NCBI GenBank assembly: GCA_905616465.1
Contig: CAJQSX010000005.1
Coordinates: 14,994-78,993, forward strand
Source: an uncultured Candidatus Pelagibacter sp.
GTDB lineage: Bacteria > Pseudomonadota > Alphaproteobacteria > Pelagibacterales > Pelagibacteraceae
DNA length: 64,000 nucleotides
Direction of reading: 5' to 3'
The notes below the pieces were generated by a model. It was given only the letters and a program-made list of their open reading frames with translations. It made no database searches and had not been told where the DNA came from. Position numbers and translations under genes: made by a program. Shown piece by piece: positions 20,476-28,684 of this stretch; the stretch's first letter is position 1, and every line of letters begins with the position of its first letter.

Positions 20476-22698
20476 ATGAAGATTAAGAATGTAGTTGTAA
20501 TTGGTTCAGGAACCATGGGAAGCGGTATTGCTGCTCACTTGTGCAATGCAAATGTACCTGTAACTTTATTAGATTTGAAAACAGAGATTAGTGAAAAAGC
20601 GAGAGAACAAATTTACAAATCTAAACCTCCATTATTAATTGATAAGTCAAAAATTAATAATATTAATGTAGGAAATATTTCTGATGACTTTGATGTGGTT
20701 AAAGAAGCCGATTGGGTTGTTGAAGCAGTCGTTGAAAGAATAGATATTAAACATCAAATATATGAAAAGATATTTAAAGCAAGAAAAGATGGAGCGATAG
20801 TTTCATCTAACACCTCATCAATTCCAATTAAAGTTTTATCAGAGCATTTAACGAGTGATGAAAAGAAAGATTTTTGTATTACTCACTTTTTTAACCCAGT
20901 TAGATATATGGGTCTTTTAGAAATAGTTAAAAATGAAAATAATGATCTTAATAAAATTAATCAGCTTAAAGAATTTTGTGAAGTTGAGTTAGGCAAAGGT
21001 GCAATTATTTGCAATGATACGCCAGGTTTTTTAGGAAATAGAGTTGGTGTTTATGCAATGCAGATTGCAATGACAGAAGCTTTTAAAATGAAACTTACGA
21101 TCGAAGAAGCAGATGCAATTTTTGGAAGACCTATGGGAATTCCTAAGACAGGTGTATTTGGTTTATACGATCTAATTGGTATTGATTTAATGGCAGATGT
21201 TCTAAAAAGTTTTATTAAAGAATTACCAAAGTCAGATGAATTCCATGAAGTTGCAAAAGAAATTCCGTTGGTAAAAAAATTAATTGAAACAGGTTATACT
21301 GGAAGAAAAGGCAAAGGTGGTTTTTATAGAATGAATAAAACTGGAGCCACCAAAGTTATGGAAGCTATCAATCTTGAAACAGGAGATTATTCAGTTAGCA
21401 AAAAGATTAATATTAGATCTGATAAAGTTGATCTAAAGGGTTTGATTAATCGAAAAGATAAATATGGTACTTACGCCTGGTCTGTTTTATCTAAAATAAT
21501 TAAATATGCCTCTTCATTGGTTCCAAGTATTACAAAAGAATTTAATGATATAGATGAAGCAATGAGGCTTGGTTTTAATTGGGCCAAAGGTCCATTTGAA
21601 ATGCTTGAAGAAATAGGAGTAAACAATTTTTTTGATAAAGTTGATGATTTTAAAGGTAATAATTTTTTAGAAAATCTATCTAAAAAAAAAAATGAAAATT
21701 TTTATGGAGAAAGACAAAAGTATACTAGCATTGAAACTTTGGGCAAAGTTAAGAAAACAGCCTCAAATACAGATGGAAACGACTCTGCAAAAATTTATAG
21801 ATTTAATGATTATAATATTGTTGAGTTCACTACTAAAGCTAATGCTCTAGATTATGATTCAATGGATGCGCTTAAAAAAGCAACCGACAAACCATTGATA
21901 ATAATCAACGAGAGTATGCAATTTTCTGCTGGAGTAAACTTAACTTACACAATGGAATTTGCTGATAAAAATGACTTTAAATCAATTGAAAAATTTATAA
22001 AATATTTCCAAGAAACATGTAAACATTTAAAATACTCAAAACATCCCGTTATCTCAGCTCCTTCAGGACTAACTTTAGGTGGCGGATTTGAGGTAATGGT
22101 ACAAAGTAACTTTGTTGCATCGCATACAAATATTGTAGTGGGATTAGTTGAGACAATGGTTGGATTAATACCAGCAGGGGGCGGGTGCAAAGAAATGTTG
22201 GCGAGATGGTTGGATACTAAAGAGGCAAAAGCAGATCCTAATTTCGCACCATTAAAAGTTTTTGATATCATAGGATTTGGTAGAACAGCTACTTCACCTG
22301 TTGAGGCGGAACCAATGAAATATTTAAAACCTGAAGATAAAAAAATAATGAATAGAAACAGTTTATTAGAAGTATGTAAAAAAGTTTTAAATGAAAACAA
22401 GAATTTTAAAGCACCTAATGAGTTTAAATTTAAGCTTCCAGGAAAAACCGTAAGGGTAGAAATGGATAAAATTTTAGATAAACTATACAACGATAAAGTT
22501 ATTTTAGATCATGGTGTAACTGTTGCAAAAGAATTAGCACATGTATTAAGTGGAGGAGACACCACAATAGATAAAACACTAACTGAAGATGATTTATATA
22601 AATTAGAATTAAATGCTTTTATGAAATTAATAGAGACAAAAGAAACTCAAGATAGAATTAAACATACCCTAAAAACAGGCAAGCCTTTAATTAATTAA
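20476..22698 (+). CDS. 3-hydroxyacyl-CoA dehydrogenase/enoyl-CoA hydratase fusion (FadN-like)
   Basis: GSGTMGSGIA, EAVVER, SSNTS, HFFNPVRYM, DTPGFLGNR; C-terminal crotonase motifs FSAGVNL and LGGGFE. Confidence 0.88.
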   Translation: MKIKNVVVIGSGTMGSGIAAHLCNANVPVTLLDLKTEISEKAREQIYKSKPPLLIDKSKINNINVGNISDDFDVVKEADWVVEAVVERIDIKHQIYEKIFKARKDGAIVSSNTSSIPIKVLSEHLTSDEKKDFCITHFFNPVRYMGLLEIVKNENNDLNKINQLKEFCEVELGKGAIICNDTPGFLGNRVGVYAMQIAMTEAFKMKLTIEEADAIFGRPMGIPKTGVFGLYDLIGIDLMADVLKSFIKELPKSDEFHEVAKEIPLVKKLIETGYTGRKGKGGFYRMNKTGATKVMEAINLETGDYSVSKKINIRSDKVDLKGLINRKDKYGTYAWSVLSKIIKYASSLVPSITKEFNDIDEAMRLGFNWAKGPFEMLEEIGVNNFFDKVDDFKGNNFLENLSKKKNENFYGERQKYTSIETLGKVKKTASNTDGNDSAKIYRFNDYNIVEFTTKANALDYDSMDALKKATDKPLIIINESMQFSAGVNLTYTMEFADKNDFKSIEKFIKYFQETCKHLKYSKHPVISAPSGLTLGGGFEVMVQSNFVASHTNIVVGLVETMVGLIPAGGGCKEMLARWLDTKEAKADPNFAPLKVFDIIGFGRTATSPVEAEPMKYLKPEDKKIMNRNSLLEVCKKVLNENKNFKAPNEFKFKLPGKTVRVEMDKILDKLYNDKVILDHGVTVAKELAHVLSGGDTTIDKTLTEDDLYKLELNAFMKLIETKETQDRIKHTLKTGKPLIN

Positions 22699-23334
22699 CA
22701 TTCTAAGAGAATTTATAAAGTCTGGCCTCAACACATATTGAGATTTATTTAAATATTTAATTTTTTCTAAAGCTTTCAAGCCGTAAATTACTTTTCCTAT
22801 TGGAGTAAATTCAGTCTCATATAACGGTTCATTTTTTAATAATATAAAGAATTGACTATCTTCTGTGTTATATTTTTGTTTTCTAGCCAAACCAACACTT
22901 CCTTTATCAAAATCAAATGGAGCATCTACCTCTGAATTGACAGTTCCTAGTCCAGATTTACCAGTCCCTATTTTTCCGTAATTCAGATTATTTTTTTTTC
23001 CAAATTCCAAATCACCAGCTTGAACAAGTGCACCTTCAATAACCCTATGAAAAGCAACATCATCATACGCTTTAGAAGAAACTAATGTTATAAATCTTTT
23101 CACTGCATTGGGAGAAATATCGGGGTAAAGTTCAATTATGACATTTCCACAAGGCACATTTAGAATTGCAATATTTTGTGGATTATCAAAACTAATATTT
23201 TGTGGATCATGATTTTTTACAAACAAACATTTATCCTTGATTAAAAAGTAAGAACCAAAAAAAATTATCGCTAAAGAAATCAAAAAACCAAAGATTATTT
23301 TCTCAGATTTAGTTGCTTTAATTTTATTAATCAT
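22687..23334 (-). CDS. Membrane-anchored cyclophilin-type peptidyl-prolyl isomerase
   Basis: N-terminal TM helix; FHRVI, VQAGD, SQFFI, GKVIYG. Confidence 0.8.
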   Translation of the reverse strand: MINKIKATKSEKIIFGFLISLAIIFFGSYFLIKDKCLFVKNHDPQNISFDNPQNIAILNVPCGNVIIELYPDISPNAVKRFITLVSSKAYDDVAFHRVIEGALVQAGDLEFGKKNNLNYGKIGTGKSGLGTVNSEVDAPFDFDKGSVGLARKQKYNTEDSQFFILLKNEPLYETEFTPIGKVIYGLKALEKIKYLNKSQYVLRPDFINSLRMLIN

Positions 23335-24053
23335 AAAATAAAATTTTTATCAATTTTTTGTAAATTCCTTATTATAAATTGTATTTTTTTTTCTAAAATT
23401 GGATCATTATTTTCTAAATTTGATCCAACCATCAAGTGAGAGAATACTTCAGCCATATCTTCAGATGCCGTTGATCTTGAATATTCGGTAAAAAATCCCA
23501 TAGTATTTGTATACGTGTCTAAACCCAATTTATCTGTGCAGGTAGAACACTTTGCATATTTGAATTCTTTATCATTAAAATCAGACCAAACTTTTTCATC
23601 AAACAAATTTTTATAACTATCATTAATAACGTGAAATACTTCGTGATGGATTACTCTTTCAAAATAGTTTTGATTAAAATTGATGTCCAAAATTAAAGTT
23701 TTCATTATATGATCAGGTATTCCAGCAGTGTTAATTTTTGATATAGATAAATCTTCACAAAGAACAATGTATTTTAGATTTATCTTTTTTAGGAATTTAT
23801 GATTATATCTATCTAAGTTCTTTTTAACTATTTTGTACTTATCATCTAAGTTTTTTTTGTTTGAGTTATAGCAATTGATATTATTATTAACCCCGATAGT
23901 AAAAGGCTGTTTTGCATATAAATATCTCAGTTTATTTTGAGTTTTAGTTTCATAGATGGCTAAGTTTGGAATTTTTATAAGGTTGTAAATTGTATTAGCC
24001 TGAACTTGAGTGGTTAATAAGAAAAGTAATAAAAATGATCTAATTATGTTCAT
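23331..24053 (-). CDS. Exported putative zinc metallopeptidase
   Basis: Signal peptide; HHEVFH (HExxH) with downstream YS...EDMAEVF, a gluzincin-like third-ligand motif. Confidence 0.6.
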   Translation of the reverse strand: MNIIRSFLLLFLLTTQVQANTIYNLIKIPNLAIYETKTQNKLRYLYAKQPFTIGVNNNINCYNSNKKNLDDKYKIVKKNLDRYNHKFLKKINLKYIVLCEDLSISKINTAGIPDHIMKTLILDINFNQNYFERVIHHEVFHVINDSYKNLFDEKVWSDFNDKEFKYAKCSTCTDKLGLDTYTNTMGFFTEYSRSTASEDMAEVFSHLMVGSNLENNDPILEKKIQFIIRNLQKIDKNFIL

Positions 24054-24110
24054 AAATTTTGATATAGAAGATATTCCAATTCTAAAGAATGTGGTACATT
24101 TTATCTATAG

Positions 24111-25070
24111 ATGAAAAAAAATAGAAATAAAGATCCAATACAACCAGTAAGCGGAACAAAAGTTCCAAGATTTGCTGGACCCTCTACATTTGCAAGACTG
24201 CCAGAATTAAGAGACGTTGAAAGTTGTGATGTTGCAATAGTCGGCATACCTTTTGATGCTGGAACAAGCTACAGACCAGGAGCTAGATTTGGACCAATGA
24301 GCATTAGACAAGCATCAAGACACTTAAGAACAAATTATCACCCAAGTTATGATGTTGAGCCATTTAAAGTACAGCAAGTAGCTGATGCTGGGGATATTAC
24401 CTGCAATCCATTTAGCATAGATGAGTCGATAAAACAGATCGAAGCAGGCGCAACAGATTTATTAAACAAAGTTGGTGGTATAATTAGTTTGGGTGGAGAC
24501 CATACAATTGCTGTACCTTTATTAAGAGCAATTAATAAAAAATGTAATGGGCCAGTTGCATTAGTGCATTTTGATGCGCATTTAGATACTTGGGATACTT
24601 ATTTTGGAGCGCCATACACACACGGAACTCCCTTTAGAAGAGCGAGGGAGGAAGGTTTATTTTTAGATGATGCATCAATGCATGTGGGTATTAGAGGTCC
24701 ACTTTATAGTAGAGATGATATTAAAAATGACGAAAGTTTTGGATTTAAGATAATTCATTGCGACGAATTTCAAACAGAGGGCACCGAAAAAATAGCAGAA
24801 AGAATTCGAAAAAGAGTAGGTGATAATCCTCTGTATCTATCAATAGATATTGATGTGTTAGATCCTGCTTTTGCTCCAGGGACGGGAACTCCAGAAATTG
24901 CTGGCATGACTACAAGAGAGATGGTGAATGTTTTAAGAGGACTATCAGGTTTAAATCTTGTTTCTGCAGATGTGGTAGAAGTTTCACCTGCTTACGATCA
25001 TGCTGAAATCACATCTTTAGCTGCAGCAACAATTGTCTATGAATTAACTAATTTATTTGCAAAATCATAA
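24111..25070 (+). CDS. speB: Agmatinase/guanidinobutyrase (ureohydrolase family)
   Basis: PFDAGTSYRPGARFGP, GGDHT, DAHLD, HGTPF, SIDIDVLDPAFAPGTGTPE, DVVEVSPAYD. Confidence 0.88.
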   Translation: MKKNRNKDPIQPVSGTKVPRFAGPSTFARLPELRDVESCDVAIVGIPFDAGTSYRPGARFGPMSIRQASRHLRTNYHPSYDVEPFKVQQVADAGDITCNPFSIDESIKQIEAGATDLLNKVGGIISLGGDHTIAVPLLRAINKKCNGPVALVHFDAHLDTWDTYFGAPYTHGTPFRRAREEGLFLDDASMHVGIRGPLYSRDDIKNDESFGFKIIHCDEFQTEGTEKIAERIRKRVGDNPLYLSIDIDVLDPAFAPGTGTPEIAGMTTREMVNVLRGLSGLNLVSADVVEVSPAYDHAEITSLAAATIVYELTNLFAKS

Positions 25071-25090
25071 GGAAAAGATAGTTTCTCAAA

Positions 25091-26527
25091 ATGTTAGACA
25101 AGAAAAAATTCTATATCAATGGTGAATGGGTTTCACCAAAAAAACCAAATGATTTCAAGGTAACAGATCCTTCAACAGAAGAAGAGTGTGCTGTTATATC
25201 TTTAGGTGGAGCAGAAGATATAAATGATGCGGTAAGTGCAGCATCTAAAGCTTTTGAAACTTGGGCATTCTCAACAAAAGAAGAAAGATTAAAATATTTA
25301 GAAGCTTTATATATTGTTTATAAAAAAAGATGGGCTGATATGGCTAAAGCTATAACTCTTGAAATGGGAGCGCCAATTGACTTTTCAACACAATTGCAAG
25401 CAGGAACAGGAGCTAGTCATATAAAATCTTATATAAAAGTTTTAAAAGAATACACCTTTGAAGCAAAACTGGGAGAGCATGCTCTTAACAATAATATTTT
25501 ACATGAGCCAAAAGGAGTTTGTGCGTTAATTACTCCATGGAATTGGCCAATGAATCAAACTTGCTTAAAAGTAATACCAGCCATCGCCGCAGGTTGTACA
25601 ATGGTTCTTAAGCCATCTGAGATAGCTCCACTATCATCGATGATTTTAGCAGAGATGATTGATGAAATTAAATTACCAAAGGGTGTATTCAACTTAGTAA
25701 ATGGAGATGGTGCAGTTACTGGAAATGCATTAACAAGCCATCCTGATGTAAACATGATTTCATTCACAGGATCAACTAGAGCAGGTGCTTTAATTTCCCA
25801 AAATGCAGCAAGCGATTTTAAGAGAGTTAGCCTTGAGCTTGGTGGAAAAGGTGCAAATATTATCTTTAAAGATGCTGATGCTGAAGCTGTTGAAAGAGGT
25901 GCTCTAAGATGTTTTAGAAATTCAGGACAATCCTGCAATGCACCAACAAGAATGTTAGTTGAAAAATCAATCTATGATGAAACTGTGGAAAGAGTTAAAA
26001 ATTTTGCTAACTCAATGAAGGTAGATGTTGCCACAAAAGAGGGTGATCATATTGGTCCCGTTGTTTCAAAAGCTCAATTTGACAAAATCCAAACACTGAT
26101 TCAAGTTGGTATTGATGAAGGTGCTAAATTAGTTGCTGGTGGAACGGGTAAACCAGAAGGGCTAGACAAAGGTTATTTTGTTAAACCTACTGCATTTGCT
26201 GACGTTAATAACCAGATGCAAATTGCAAGAACAGAAATATTTGGACCTGTATTATCAATTATACCCTTTGAAACAGAAGAAGAGGCAATAGCGATTGCTA
26301 ACGATACCCCTTATGGACTTCTAAACTTTATTCAAACTCAAGATCAAGAAAAAGCTAATAGAGTTGCTAGAAAATTAAGATCAGGAATGGTTGATATTAA
26401 CGGTGCAGGTTTAGCACCAGATGCACCTTTTGGGGGTTATAAACATTCTGGAATCGGTCGTGAAGCTGGAAAACTTGGCCTTGAAGAATATTTAGAAGTT
26501 AAGGTTGTAAGCGGTTGGAATGATTAA
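25091..26527 (+). CDS. Aldehyde dehydrogenase family protein
   Basis: TPWNWP, KPSE, FTGS, LELGGK, NSGQSCNAP, EIFGP, PFGGYKHSG. Confidence 0.9.
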   Translation: MLDKKKFYINGEWVSPKKPNDFKVTDPSTEEECAVISLGGAEDINDAVSAASKAFETWAFSTKEERLKYLEALYIVYKKRWADMAKAITLEMGAPIDFSTQLQAGTGASHIKSYIKVLKEYTFEAKLGEHALNNNILHEPKGVCALITPWNWPMNQTCLKVIPAIAAGCTMVLKPSEIAPLSSMILAEMIDEIKLPKGVFNLVNGDGAVTGNALTSHPDVNMISFTGSTRAGALISQNAASDFKRVSLELGGKGANIIFKDADAEAVERGALRCFRNSGQSCNAPTRMLVEKSIYDETVERVKNFANSMKVDVATKEGDHIGPVVSKAQFDKIQTLIQVGIDEGAKLVAGGTGKPEGLDKGYFVKPTAFADVNNQMQIARTEIFGPVLSIIPFETEEEAIAIANDTPYGLLNFIQTQDQEKANRVARKLRSGMVDINGAGLAPDAPFGGYKHSGIGREAGKLGLEEYLEVKVVSGWND

Positions 26528-27714
26528 TTAGTAATAGAATTATTTTTAATCCCATCTAATAAATTTAAACATTTTTTAAGTTCATCTAAAAAAATAAACT
26601 CATTAATTTTATGTGCCTGCTCAATAGATCCTGGGCCACATACGACGGTACTAATTCCTATTTCTTGAAATAAACCAGCTTCAGTTCCAAAAGAAACAAC
26701 TTCTCTTGTGTTATCACCAGTTAGACTTGAAACCAACTCACAAGCGTTTGATTTTTTATCTCTATCAAACCCTATAACTTCACCAATAATTTTTTTTGTA
26801 ATAGAAGAGCTTGGAAAAACTTTTTTCATACTAGGCAAAAGTATTTCATTTGCAAATTTATCCAATTCTGCGTTTAAGAACACACCATCTTCTTTAACGA
26901 CCGGTCTTGTTTCCCAGTTAACATGACACTTATCAGCAATTACATTGTGAGCTATTCCACCAAAAATTCCACCTATTGAAAGTGTTGAGTACGGAGGATC
27001 AAAAATTGAGTCTTTAGGGGACCTTTTTTTTAGCTCTTCTCTTAATTCAATTAATTTATTTACATATCTAGAAGCATATTCAACAGCACTGACACCTTTG
27101 TGCGGAGCAGAACTGTGTCCAGCTAATCCTTCAAAGTAGGTTGTGTATTCATAACAACCTTTATGAGCATCTATGATTCTCATATTAGTTGGCTCTCCTA
27201 TAATGCAAATTCCATCTTTAACCCCTCTTTTTTTCAATTCTTCAATTAAAATTGGAGCTCCTATGCATGCAGTTTCTTCATCAAAAGTGTAAGAAAAATG
27301 AATGTCTCTATCTAAATTTGCTTTTGCGTAAACCGGTGCAAATGCCAATGTACAAGCAATAAAACCTTTCATATCACAAGAACCTCTACCAAAAAGTTTA
27401 TTATTTTTTACTGTTGCTATAAATGGATCTGTATCCCATCCTTTTGAAACAGGAACCACATCTGTGTGACCAGACAGAATTATTGGTTTTTTATTACTTG
27501 GTTTTTTCGCTTTTAGTGTTGCAAACAGATTAACTCTTTTTTTTTCATCATCAAAAGTTTTAAATGATGTTGCACCTAGTTTTTTTAGAATTTTATCACA
27601 ATAGTTAATCAAAGAGCTATTATCTTCTCCTGAAATGGTTTTAAAACCTATCAAGTCTGTTAAAATTTTAACAGAATTATTAAACAAAAGTTCTGAATTA
27701 TTTTCTGTACTCAT
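26524..27714 (-). CDS. argE: Acetylornithine deacetylase (M20A family)
   Basis: LSGHTDVVP, GRGSCDMKG, DEE, GEPT, GHSS, GTEAG, GPGSIEQAH. Confidence 0.85.
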   Translation of the reverse strand: MSTENNSELLFNNSVKILTDLIGFKTISGEDNSSLINYCDKILKKLGATSFKTFDDEKKRVNLFATLKAKKPSNKKPIILSGHTDVVPVSKGWDTDPFIATVKNNKLFGRGSCDMKGFIACTLAFAPVYAKANLDRDIHFSYTFDEETACIGAPILIEELKKRGVKDGICIIGEPTNMRIIDAHKGCYEYTTYFEGLAGHSSAPHKGVSAVEYASRYVNKLIELREELKKRSPKDSIFDPPYSTLSIGGIFGGIAHNVIADKCHVNWETRPVVKEDGVFLNAELDKFANEILLPSMKKVFPSSSITKKIIGEVIGFDRDKKSNACELVSSLTGDNTREVVSFGTEAGLFQEIGISTVVCGPGSIEQAHKINEFIFLDELKKCLNLLDGIKNNSITN

Positions 27715-27741
27715 ATTTAACTTCCATTATATATTAATTAT

Positions 27742-28083
27742 ATGAAAGAACAAATTACCTTTGATACCTTTGATAAAGTAGATATTCGAGTTGGCACAGT
27801 AATCTCAGTTAATAAAAATGAAAAAGCTAGAAAACCTTCATTGGTAGTTGAAGTTGACTTTGGAGAAGAAATAGGGATTAAAAGATCATCAGCTCAAATT
27901 ACCCATTATTATAATGAAGAAAATCTCAAAGGAAAACAGGTAATAGGTGTGTGTAATTTTGCTGAAAAAAATATTGCAGGTGTTGTTTCGCAAGTTTTAA
28001 TTTTAGGATCTATAAATAAAGAAGGGAAAGTAATTTTAGTTCATCCATCTCAAAAATCAGAAAATGGGCTACCAATAGCTTAA
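27742..28083 (+). CDS. csaA: tRNA-binding/chaperone protein CsaA
   Basis: FDKVDIRVGTV, DFGEEIGIKRSSAQIT..Y, NF..KNIAG..SQVLILG. Confidence 0.88.
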   Translation: MKEQITFDTFDKVDIRVGTVISVNKNEKARKPSLVVEVDFGEEIGIKRSSAQITHYYNEENLKGKQVIGVCNFAEKNIAGVVSQVLILGSINKEGKVILVHPSQKSENGLPIA

Positions 28084-28090
28084 TTCTTAT

Positions 28091-28678
28091 ATGCATCCTG
28101 AGTTATTTTTGTTAATTGGAATTTCATTATCTTTAGGTTTTACACCGGGGCCAAATAATGCTGTAGCATCCTTTTCAGGTTTTAATTTCGGAATAAAAAA
28201 AACAATACCTTTAATATTAGGTGTTTGGTTAGGATATACAGCCTTTGTTATTTTGACTAACTTTGCTCTGATATCAACTTTTATTAAATATCCAATTATA
28301 CAGGAAATAATTAGAATTTTAGGAACTTTTTTTTTAATTTACTTGGCTTATAAGATATCTTTTTCATCACTATCTAGAGATGATGAAAAGGTTAATCAAG
28401 TAAAATTTATAGACACTTTTATATTTCAGTTTTTAAACCCTAAGGGAGTGATGGCAGGAATCACTTTGATTTCAAAATTTGTACTAGAAGATGATTATTT
28501 TAATAGCTCTTTAACAGTTATAGTGGTTTGTTCTATTACAGCTTTGACAAGTATTACCACCTGGGCTTTTTTTGGTAAATTTTTAAGGAAATTTGCTACA
28601 AATAATAATTTTATTAAACGATTTAATTATGCTATGTCATTGCTACTTGTCGTTTGTATAATAGGGTTCTACATCTAA
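28091..28678 (+). CDS. LysE/RhtB family amino-acid exporter
   Basis: TPGPNN, LIYLAYKI, FQFLNPKG; several TM helices. Confidence 0.88.
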   Translation: MHPELFLLIGISLSLGFTPGPNNAVASFSGFNFGIKKTIPLILGVWLGYTAFVILTNFALISTFIKYPIIQEIIRILGTFFLIYLAYKISFSSLSRDDEKVNQVKFIDTFIFQFLNPKGVMAGITLISKFVLEDDYFNSSLTVIVVCSITALTSITTWAFFGKFLRKFATNNNFIKRFNYAMSLLLVVCIIGFYI

Positions 28679-28684
28679 AAATAA

